From contig JAVKOQ020000028.1 in the NCBI GenBank assembly GCA_031835245.2, forward strand, positions 1-64,000: DNA of 64,000 nt. Direction: 5' to 3'. Origin of the DNA: Balamuthia mandrillaris. Lineage: Eukaryota. The translations under genes and the position numbers were made by a program. Of this stretch, positions 41,898-52,499 are shown one piece after another. Below the pieces are notes generated by a model. It searched no databases. It saw only the letters and a list, made by a program, of their open reading frames with translations, and was not told where the DNA came from. The number at the start of each line of letters is the position of its first letter. Position 1 is the first letter of the stretch.

Positions 41898-44582
41898 ATG
41901 GTTAGAGCTACCTTTTATACGTTGCTGTTATGGCTGGGCACGCTACTGTTGGCTCTGGCCGCTTGGTTCGGTGTGTGGAGCACTCGGCCGAGAAAGAGAT
42001 CCGCCCTCTTTCGCTCCAGACAAGAGCGGGAGCGCCTGCACGAGCGCCTCTCCGTGGAGGTGCGAACCAAAGGAGAGCAACCTCCCGAGGGTGAGACCCC
42101 CGTTCGACGCTCCCCCGAGGTGCAGCTGCACCAGGAGCTGCCCGCAAGCTTCAACGACGGCGAGCAGGAGCTCTACACGCTCTTTGACTGCTTCGAGAGC
42201 ATGAGGCGGCGCTTTGGCCGGCGACTCCCTTGCCTTGGCACGCGGGCCAACAGCAAGAGAGGCTACCGATGGAAGAACTATGAGGAGGTGGCGCAGTTGA
42301 AGGAGGCGCTGGGCAGAGGCATGCGCATGGTTGGGATCAAAGAGAAGGATAGGGTTGGCATCTCGAGAGGAGTGGCTGCTGACGGAGCATGCCTGCTATG
42401 CCAACTCGTTCGTAATTGTTTCTCTTTATGATACGCTTGGTGCGCGCTGCGTTCTTCTTTTCCTTCTTGTCTTTTCTCATTTCATTCTCGTCATCCCATG
42501 CTCGTTCTCGTTCGTTATTCATGTTGTTGCTGTAACTTGTGCGAGATACTAACCACGCTCCTCACAAATTCAGGAAAGGATACAGCAGAATACATCATCA
42601 ATCATTCCGAAATTCGTGCATTGGTCTGCAGTAACGAAAACTTGGAGCGTGTCCTGAAGATTGTCGATAAGTGTCCCGAATTAGAAATGATCATTCACAT
42701 GGACAAGCTGAGCGACGAGTTCAAATCATCCACAGAGGACCGCCTCGTGCGACAGGGAGAAGATCAGCTCTTCCTCAAACGGAACAAAGGAGAAGACGTG
42801 GCGTTTATCTACTTTTGGGATTTGTTAGAGGACGGCGACAGCAGCAACCACGACAACAACAAGAAGAAACGGTGGCAACAAGAACAGGGCAGAGTACCTG
42901 CTGCCAAGAGACCAACGCCAGGTGACCTCTGCACCATCATGTACACCAGTGGAACCACGGGATCTCCAAAGGTACTCCTATGGCTGTTCGCTTTGTTCTT
43001 TTATTTTTGTTTTTCTAAGAAAATGGGTAAACGCATGTGAACATGTAGGGAGTGACACTTACTCACCAGAACATAGTAGCGATGATGGGAGCGGCAGAGA
43101 GGCGTGTGGAGGGCATCATCCATGCTGGGGATACCTACCTTTCCTACCTTCCACTCGCTCACATCTTTGAAAGGGTGGTAACTTCTACTCTTCTCTATTT
43201 GGGAGTTGGCATTGGATTCTTCCAAGGTTCTGTCGCCAAGTTAATGGATGATTTAGGTACTTTTGCTCTCTCCTATCGCCTTATTCCTGCTCTACTTCTT
43301 CTATTTGCTCTTTTCTCTGATAGAGGAAACGTTGACAATAACATTACAGCGGAGCTCAAACCTTCAATCTTCTGTGGGGTACCACGAGTCTACGAGCGTA
43401 TTCACGACAAAGTGAAGGAAGCTGCAGAAGGCAACCAGTTCAAAAAATTCCTGTTCGAGAAGGCCATGAAAGCAGGGAAGAAAGCTCTTCTGGAGGAGGG
43501 CAAGGAGCCACCCCTCTTATGGAGGATTCTGCTCTTCAATCGCCTGCAAGGTATCATGGGAGGTAACGTGAGAGCAATGCTCTCTGGTGGTGCTCCTCTA
43601 TCTCCTTCAGTGCATGAGTTTTTGATGGTGGCGATGGGATGTCCCTTGGTTCAAGCTTACGGAGCTACCGAAAGCGCCGCGGGAGCTACTATGGGTAACT
43701 CTCCTTTCGGATATTTCTGTATTTGTGTTGATGAGAAACAAGACCCTGTTAACAATGCCATGAAAAACAACAAAAGGATATTTGAATGCACCAACAACGG
43801 GAGACGTGGGAGGTCCATTTGCTTGTACAGAGATTAAACTTAAAGACGTACCAGAGATGGGGTACACTCACCGCGACAAGCCTTGCCCTCGTGGCGAGAT
43901 CGTCATTCGTGGGCCTAACGTCAGTTCTGGCTATTACAAGTTGGATCGCGAAGAGTACGCCTCCTCACCAGTCGTCTTCTTTGTCCCGTCCAGTGCTGAT
44001 AGAATGAGTTTTTGTTTTAAAAAATGAAGTGATAGCTTCAAAGACGGATGGTTCTACACGGGAGATATCGGGCAATGGAACGAAAACGGCTCCCTCAGCG
44101 TGATTGACAGAAAGAAGAACTTCTTCAAGCTATCACAAGGCGAGTACATCGCAGCCGAGAAGTTGGAAGGCGTCTACGACCGCTGCGAGCTGGTCGACAA
44201 GACTTGGGTCTATGGGGACAGCCACAGATCCGCTGTTATCGCCGTGATTCAGCCTCACAAGAAGGCGTTGGCCGAGTTAGCGCAGGAGCTTCACGGCGGG
44301 GGTTCCTCAAAGTTGGAAGAGGAGCAACTGAAGGAACTATGCCAGGACAAGGAGATCAGACAACGTTTCTTGAAGAGGTTGCAGGAGACAGGGAAGGAGC
44401 AAGGCTTGCAGGGCTTTGAGATAGTGCGTAATGTTCACCTGAGCGAGGAGGAGTGGACCGAGGACAACGACCTGTTGACTCCCACCATGAAGCTGAAGAG
44501 GCACAGCCTGAAGAAGCACTTCCAATCCGCCATCGATGAGCGCTATGAGGAGCTTGAGCAAAAGGGCCGCAAGAAGAAGTAA
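41898..44582 (+). CDS. Long-chain fatty acyl-CoA synthetase (apparent frameshift near 42362)
   Basis: N-terminal TM helix, [58 protein letters not shown] and [10 protein letters not shown]. Confidence 0.92.
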
Positions 44583-44620
44583 GAGAAACAGACTGTACAA
44601 GGTTTTCAGTTTTTTTTTGT

Positions 44621-45196
44621 TCAATTCAGATGAAGTTCCTCCAACATTTGAAGCTCTTGTTTCAGTTGTTCCATCTTTGGGTTCTGTGCCTCTCGTAGCT
44701 TACGGGCCGGTTCCTCCTCCATCGTGTCGAGGAGCTGTTGGTAGCGAGCTAGGGTCTTTTTGACGGCCTCTCGGGCATCCGCCAGGTCATCGTTGAAGTA
44801 GGTCGTGTTGGCATTCTCCCGAGCTTCTTCGAGGTAGTCCCGCGCCTCTGTGAAGAGGTCCGCCAGCTCCTCCAGCTCTTTCCTGTACGTCATATGGTGA
44901 TCTCCGGTTGTGGCGTAGCTTCTCCTCTCACTGCTTCCATAAGAGAGGAAAATACTGCGTGAGTTGCAAATACTAAGTTGTTGCTTCAGTGGAAAGATAA
45001 AAAGCAAGCACCAAAGGTTTGTGTTGCGAATGCCAGCAAAGGAAGGCCGCAGCTCCAGGTTGGTGCTCCGAGAAGAGCGGGATGTAAGAGCGCTCGATAG
45101 ATTAGCACGTTGTTGGGGAAGGCTGCACAGTGACCGCGAAACGGCCGAGCGATTACAGTGAAGGGTAGCGCGGCCAGCAGCAGCTCTGCCTTTCAT
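44621..45196 (-). CDS. Small helical protein with predicted mitochondrial presequence (embryogenesis-like/EML-type family)
   Basis: Arg/Ser-rich, acid-free N-terminus. The C-terminal LFTEARDYLEEA...TTYFNDD..DAREAV...KMEQLKQEL resembles a conserved plant/fungal family (recalled, not searched). Confidence 0.6.
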   Translation of the reverse strand: MKGRAAAGRATLHCNRSAVSRSLCSLPQQRANLSSALTSRSSRSTNLELRPSFAGIRNTNLWCLLFIFPLKQQLSICNSRSIFLSYGSSERRSYATTGDHHMTYRKELEELADLFTEARDYLEEARENANTTYFNDDLADAREAVKKTLARYQQLLDTMEEEPARKLREAQNPKMEQLKQELQMLEELHLN

Positions 45197-45228
45197 CTTT
45201 CTTTTTCGTCCGCCACGTTTTGGTTTTT

Positions 45229-45276
45229 GAGCTGCATGACGTCACAAGCGCACCAAAAGAGCTGCATGACGTCATG
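45229..45276. promoter_or_regulatory. Tandem 16-bp repeat containing CRE-like TGACGTCA palindromes in a divergent intergenic region
   Basis: GAGCTGCATGACGTCA at 45229-45244 and 45259-45274, 30 bp apart. Confidence 0.45.
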
Positions 45277-45583
45277 GGGAAACCTCGCAAAGAAATAACA
45301 GAACCAAAAAAACAAGAGAAACAAAAGAAAAGACGGAAAGCGAGCAACACGGGGCGCTTGCTGGCAGTACGGGCAAATCTGGTGAGCAACACGCCATTCG
45401 TTGCAGCCCACAAAGACCTAATAGTTTGGGGAAAGAACTTTCCCGCCAAAACAAAAAATACAATCCAAACGACAGGCGAGGAAAACTTTCCCCCACCCGC
45501 CTCACCCAGCCAGACAGCTTTTCACCCAGAGGAGCGAGACACTACAAAAAACGTAGCGGGCCTGCACAAGCAAAGAAAAAAAA

Positions 45584-47154
45584 ATGTCTTGGCCGCACCC
45601 ACCAAGCAAGCAAACTTTACTCGTTTACGAAGGAGAACGGAACGAGCACCAACAGTCGACCCAACGCTACCTCGTTGGAAGCAGTTGTCCACCGCCGACC
45701 CGCAACATCACCTGCATCGTTAAGCAGAGCGTGGAGAAGCTGCTTGCTGCGGGCGCTACGCGTGTGCAACTTTTTGGCTCGGCTGTGTGGAACCCAAACC
45801 CGGGGGACATCGACTTTGTTGTGAGTGGCCTGGACGAAGAGCGTTGTTTTGTTTTGTGGCTTGATCTGGAGCAAACCTTTGATTTTCTTTTTGATTGCCT
45901 GAGAGTTGAGGAAGTTGTTGGGTCTTCTTTGGAGGAGGCAATACAGAAATACGGGTACCTGTTGCTCTCAATCTCGCGTTTTAGCTTGGTTTTGTGTTTG
46001 TTTATTTATTTTTTTTAACTTACCTATTGCTTGACGAAGAATGGATGTAACAAATCCAAAAGGCCTTACCCTACCCAAGAGAACGTACTCCCAGGTTCAG
46101 TTCAGGGACGAGTTTGCAGCAGAGATTCAAAAATCAAACTTTGAGAGAGTGTTCCGAGATGGTAACGCGGCGACCAAGTGGAGAGTACGTTTCTTACTCT
46201 GTGTGTGTGTGTGTGTGTTTTCCTTGTTGCTTTCTTCTCACATGAAGTACAGCTGTTCAAAAATCTTCTTGATTTTTGTACAGTCAAGTTTCGGTGGCAT
46301 TCACCCACTGCAACTGAAATTGCCCCAGCAAAGCAGCATCACAAGGCGCTCCTTTCGCTTTTCCGGGACGCGCTTAGACCAAAGGCTTTGGATATGCTGC
46401 ATACGCTAAGAAAAGCGCGTAATAACGAAGTGTATGCTACTTCCTTTTTCGGAGCGTTGTTTTTTAAAAGAAAAATAATTTAACACAGCTGCTGTTAATA
46501 GTTATAGGCACCAAAAGAGGCGATTTAGCGAAGCTAGCCTGCTTGAGCTTCTAGATATAATTACTAACGAGTAAGCATCTGTCACATCCCTTATACGAGC
46601 ATGCTAATGTTCTGCTTTGCAGTCTAGAAGTGTTTGTGGGCAACTCCCTGATTGCCAAAAAGTGGCCACCCCCTGCGCCAGAAGGCGTTGCGCAACCACT
46701 GACCGAGTGGAAGAACAATCAGGTCAGCAAAATCGAAAAAAAGTATTCCGAAAAAGCCCTAAAAATGGTGGAAGCAGTGAGGGCTGGATTGGAGGCCGAA
46801 AGAGACGAGCTAAAGGCTGAACTGGAAGCCGAAAGAGACGAGCTTAAGGCTGAACTGGAAGCCGAAAGAGACGAGCTTAAGGCTGGACTGGAGGCGGAAC
46901 GACAGGAAAAGAGACATTTGATGGAAAAGCTTTCCAAGTTGAACGCAAGACGGTCAAAACGAAAGAGGAGCAAAAACCAACAAAACGCTGAGATTAAAAC
47001 CGCGCCGCCTGCAAGAGGCCAGAGGCCGAAGGAGAACTACATGACCCCTGGCATCAATGTGGCAAGCAAGGTTACGGGGCAAGCCTTCCTTCAAAGCATG
47101 CTTTTTGGCGCTCTAGTACTGGTCCTCGTTTACCTTCTTCTGATGCTGAAATAG
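45584..47154 (+). CDS. Fused minimal nucleotidyltransferase (MNT) + HEPN-like RNase + coiled coil + C-terminal TM anchor; 4 introns
   Basis: RVQLFGSAVWNPNPGDIDFVVSGL...FDCL...LEEAIQKYG shows the Pol-beta GS/DxD/D pattern. HHKALL...LRP...LHTLRKARNNEV|H gives a HEPN R-x4-H motif. Then (AELEAERDELK)x3 and a terminal hydrophobic MLFGALVLVLVYLLLMLK*. Confidence 0.72.
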
Positions 47155-47219
47155 AGGGAAGAAGCCGTTTGACGTTTTGTTGGTTTTTGCTTCTCTTTCT
47201 TTTTGACCGTCTTGCGTTC
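46941..47219. repeat. 47-bp inverted repeat (46941-46987 / 47173-47219) with 185-bp spacer
   Basis: The arms match at 45 of 47 positions by manual comparison. Confidence 0.9.
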
Positions 47220-47406
47220 CAAGCAGCCCTCGTTCTTGTTTGGGAGGCCGCTCGCAAAGGGGCGATCGAATTTTGTCCACAATCAATCAAACTCCGTGAC
47301 GACACGAAACAAGTTTTACACACAAAAAAAAAAAGCCCGGTGCTACAGCTGTCCCTTCCCTTCCAGAGGGGTGCGCTTCACTGCAGTACGCTTCTGAAGC
47401 TGAGCG

Positions 47407-47682
47407 ATGGCAAGCAGCGACTCGGAGGGAGAGGTGGACGCCACAAAATTGAGGTTTGACCCAAAGGCCATAGCTAAGCATAAGGTGAAGGGACCTGGTA
47501 AGAGAAAAGAGAAAACACACACGAGCGCTTCCCTTCTGCTTCTTTTGTTAATCAATCAATTGACCGCTGCTAATTGGTGAACGCACAAAACCTTTAGAAA
47601 TCAATCCAGCCTTTAGAGCTCCGCCTAAGAAGAAGAAAACAAAGCCAAACATCTTAAATGACCCTAAAAGCAAGTTTGGAGG

Positions 47683-47722
<40 letters not shown>

Positions 47723-49403
47723 CTCTTCCGTGCATTAACTCTTTTTGTTTTGGTTTCATCTTTAACAGGAAAAAAGCAAAGCTTGCAAAAGTCAGCGGAA
47801 AAGAAGCGCAAGATTGCCGCTGGGTCGGGTTCTGCTCCTGGTGCTGCCTCCTCCCCTTCTCCCAGTTCCAGACGAGACCGTGCTGCCAATGTAACTTCCA
47901 AGCCCGTACGTTGCTCACCTCTTCCCTTTGTAACGCTTCCGTCTTGATGTTGCTCGCTTCTTGTTCTTGTTCTTGTTCTTGTTGTTGTTCTTCTGCTTCT
48001 TCTAGTTCTTCTTCTTGTTGTTCTTGTTCTTGTTGTTGTTTTGTTCTTGTTCTTGTTCTTGTTCTTGTTCTTGTTCTTGTTCTTGTTCTTGTTCTTGTTC
48101 TTGTTCTTGTTCTGTCTTGTTCTTGTTCTTGTTCTTGTTCTTGTTCTTGTTCTTGTTCTTGTTCTTGTTCTTGTTCTTGTTCTACTTCTTCTTGTTCTTC
48201 TTCTTCTTGTTCTTCTTCTTCTTCTGCTGCTGCTGCTTCTTCTTCGCTTTTGTAGCTCCTCATCCCATTTCTCTTACGACGCTTTAGCAGGTAAGAAAAA
48301 AAGCAGCGATACCGGACGAGTTCTTGTCATTATCTTTCAAAAAAGACAAGGTCTCAAATTCAGGGGATAGCTCTTCCAGCGGCCCTTCTTCCTCTTCCTC
48401 TTCTTCTTCTGCTTACGCTTCTTCGTCATCCTCTTACTCTCCTTCTTCCTTACGTACATCTTCTGCTGCCTCTTCGCTTGTCGACAAAGGTATTTTCTCC
48501 CCTATTCTATTTTCTTTGCCATTTACTGACCCTTCTGCTCCACACAGCACCTTCAATCCGTAACAAGCAACTAGGAACCTCCAGACAAAATGGCTCTTCT
48601 TCTTCTTCTTCTTCTTCTTCTCTTTGCAGCCTCCAACAAAGAGGGCTAACACAAAGTTTGTACAAGAGAAAAAACGTACCGCTTCGTCGTCTCCTTCTTC
48701 CAGCACAAAATCTTATTCCACTGTTGGAAGCAGTAGAAATGGAAACGGTATTGCGAAGAAAGTGAAGAAACGTCAAGAAGAAGTGGATGAAGACGAGGAT
48801 ACCGTTTTGAAGAGGGAGGAGGAAAAGCTGAAGCAAATGCAACGGGAGTTTGAGCTTAAACGGAAACGACTCGAAGAGAAAAAGAAGCGAAAACTTAAAG
48901 AAGCAGCTGTAGAAGAAGCGAAGAACCAACGACAGAAGAAGAAACTTAAAACAGTACCTGACCAACGACACAAACCAAAACTTCGAAGAGAAGAAAGAGA
49001 GGAGGAGGAAGTAGATGAAGAAGAGGACTACGAAGAAGACTACGAAGAGAACGAAGATGATCCCCATCCTCTGTACATAAAGAACTTGGTTAACCAACTC
49101 TTCCGGAGAAATCAAAAGCCAGCCTACACTCTCTCCGACGAGGATGAGGAGGATGACACAGCCATGGAAGTAGGTTATGCTGCCATTGAAGAAGAAGACA
49201 GAAAGAGGTATGACCTCCTTTTCTCTCTGTTTTCAAGATCAGCTTCATTTAATCTCTCCCTTTCTTTTTCTCTTTCTGCCACCAGTGCTCGTGTGGCTCT
49301 GCGAGAAGACAAACGAGAGATGGAGCTGGAGCTACGCCGAAAGAACGAAAAGGCCAAACGACTCAAACAACTCCAACAACAACGAAAGGGCAAGCGAAAG
49401 TAG
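47407..49403 (+). CDS. SPT2-like chromatin protein
   Basis: C-terminal DDTAMEVGYAAIEEEDRK|SARVALREDKREMELE matches the SPT2 signature. The body is Lys/Ser/Glu-rich. Confidence 0.7.
47950..48245. repeat. (CTT/GTT)n microsatellite in SPT2 intron
   Basis: Directly visible. Confidence 0.9.
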
Positions 49404-49632
49404 AAGAACCCCGCCAGCCCCCTCTGGCGTGTGAGGGCAGGGAGAGAGCGAGGAGAGAAAGAGAGGAGCGCAGAAGTTACTCATTTACTGCTCAACAGGT
49501 GCTTTACTTCTGCACTAACCCTACAAAGGAGGACAAATGTAGCACAATAACTGCAGCAAAACTGCACAATTACGCTGATAAATAAAAAGAAAAAGAAAAA
49601 GAAGAAGAAAAAGTAGCAGCAGCAGCAGCAGC

Positions 49633-52451
49633 ATGGAGGAGGAGGAACGAGAAGAGATACCGGAGGAGGAGGAGGAGGACCGCTATGGGTGCAATGAACA
49701 GGCGGGGTACGGCGGCCTCGTGGACGGCACAGCCAGCGGCTACAACAGCATCGTGTCCGCGCTGACCAAAAGCGAGCCAACGGGTTACGGCTACAGCGCC
49801 GCCTCGGATGAGCCTTACCTGGATGAAGAAGAAGAGGAAGACGAAGAGGAAGACGAAGAGGAAGAAGACGACGACGACGAGGAAGGTGAGGATGACCTAA
49901 ACTACTACAACGTTGTAAACAGAGAGAGTGAGGCCCTCCACGAAGAAGGTGAGAACGAAGGAACAGAAGAAGCTGAAAGCGTAGCGGCAGCTTCGCAACA
50001 ACGGTCAAGCAACCAACACAACGATTCTCCTTATGGAGGCTACGGCCGTGTTACCTCTCTTCCTATTGTCTCTTCTCTTCGCAGTCGTCGTCTTTCCGCC
50101 GCCGACACAAACAACACAAGAAGAAAGAAGAAGAAGAACGTTCACGTGCTGCGCCTCAGCCGCCCGCGTGGCCAAAGGCGGCAGGCCTTCTCCCTCAACT
50201 CTCGCCTCAGCTTTCGCCTCTCGCCGCAGGCCCAGAGCGAGCTCTACCAGCGGCTGCACCGCGACTGGAACCACGAGTTCCAGACAGTGCTGGAGCTGCC
50301 GCGGGACACGCCGGAGCGGCTCCTCCGCAAGATCAAGCTCCTGCGACAGCTCTACTTGGAGTTTGCCACCACCGCCAAGCGCCTGGGCAAGAAGATCATC
50401 GAGGAGCTCTACCTGCCGAACCACAGAAAGACCATCCCCACTCAGGCCAAGCTTGGCGTTGCTGGTGGTGATAAGTACATTGTGGTATGTTGCTCTTTTT
50501 TTACTCCTTTTATTGTCTTTGCTTTGCTTTTCTTTCGTTCTTCGTTCTTCTTCTTCTTTTTCTTCTCTTTCTTCTTCTTCGTTCTTCTTCTTCTTCTTCT
50601 TCTTCTTGTTGTTCTTGTTCCTGTTCTTGTTCTTGTTCTTGTTCTTGTTCTTGTTCTTGTTCTTCTTCTTGTTCTTCTTGTTCTTGTTCTTGTTCTTGTT
50701 CTTGTTCTTCTTCTTCTTCTTCTTGTTCTTCTTCTTCTTCTTCTTCTTCTTCTTCTTCTTGTTCTTCTTCTTCTTCTTCTTCTTCTTCTTCTTCTTGTTC
50801 TTCTTCTTCTTCTTCTTCTTCTTCTTCTTCTTCTTCTTCTTCTTCTTCTTCTTCTTGTTCTTGTTCTTCTTCTTCTTCTTCTTCTTCTTCTTCTTCTTCT
50901 TCTTCTTTGCGTTATTTTTTCCCCTTCCGTTGTCTTTCTAGGTATTGTTGTTGCTAAACTTGAAAAAAAAAAGGCGGGTTGCTTTTTCAAGCTGCTGAAG
51001 GACTCGCGAGGCCTCTACGGTGGCGATGAGTATGCCATGTATGTTTTTCATCTTTTTCTTTGTGTTTTATTTGATACGATTACAAACACATGCAAATAGG
51101 AAAGCTGCCAATGCAGAGTTACGCGGTATAGCAAGGCTCTATGAGCTGAGCAAGACGTTTGTGGAAGAGGAGGAGGGAGCTGAAGCTGAACGTCTCCCCT
51201 ATCACCTCCCATTGGCGTTGATGCTAGACTATCGCGGCTATCGTATGCTAGTGACCTCTGTGCTGCCCTTTGGCACTGATACACTGAAGTATGGTTCAGA
51301 GGACCAAGGAAAGAGCTTTCATATTGATGACCCACGCGTTAATGCGCTGATGGAAAAGATATCCCAACGGTTGAACCTAAAGGCTCATGTCTTTCGTCCT
51401 TCCTCCGCTGTTATACACGGACCTGTAGATATCGAAGCTCATATAGGAAAGGATGGAAGGTTCGTCCTTTCTCTCTCTCTCTCTCTCTTTCACTCTCCTT
51501 CCCTCTCTATCTTCACTCTCCCTTCCTCTCCATCTTCCTCTCCCGCTGTTTTCGCGGTTTATGCAATTATGTTCTTAAGACCTCTGTATTTTCATATGCA
51601 AAACTCATATTGCTGTTAAATAGAACCTATATTGTAGATCTAGCTCGGTTGATGCCACCTACAGCGCTGACGCCAACTATACGTGGCGTGCTTATTCCTC
51701 AAAATAATAACAAAGCAATGGAGGTTATCCACTTAAATGCGGCTAAATGGGTAGATGACGCCGTGCGCGTTCTATCAGGACCTATCAACAACGTACTAGT
51801 TGAACATCTTCCTGTCTATGACTGCATTATCGTCTATTGCGATTCTTCGTCAACTTGCCCAAAAGAAGGGGCAGATAACAGTGCCACTATTAACGAAAGA
51901 GCGTCTTCTTTTGGCTGCGAAAAACGAATATGTGGAGATGCCATTGTAATTAAAGGGTACCTCTTTTCTTTGGTTCTTTTCTACTATCTGCCTGTTCTCA
52001 CCGTGCATTTTCGTGATTGTCTTTATTACATAAAGGGTGAAAGGTTTACACTTGTACAATTTGATGCGACCAGAAGCTGTAAAACATAATACAGTACCTC
52101 TCAACAGCGACGCCTTTTCGCAGTTTCCAACTACACAACCCGAAGACGAGATTGAAGTTATTAACGCAACCGAGTATTTGCTTGAAGGTTTGTTGTGGTC
52201 TGGTGTTATACTCATTTTGAGTAACTGGCTAATTTTTTCTTTTGCTTTCTTTTCTGTCAGTTACAATTCCGAAGTTTGCAAGAGATTTAGACGATGGTGA
52301 AGTCATATTCGTCAACAGTAAACAATTGGTAGGACTATTGCACGAGCATGGTATTAACATTCGCTTCTTGGGATATCTTCGTAGCCACGTGCGCAGAAGC
52401 CACATTCGAAAATTTTTACTCACAGAAATGATTTCTCGTGTTATCAAGGTT

Positions 52452-52499
<48 letters not shown>

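Noticed and set aside
46782..46895. 33-bp tandem repeats considered as a CRISPR-like array
   Set aside because: There are no spacers. The repeats are in frame and encode a coiled coil.
50033..50990. Long poly-F/poly-R/poly-L ORFs (similar ones at 47664-48370 and 62404-63055)
   Set aside because: Artefacts of stop-free intronic microsatellites.
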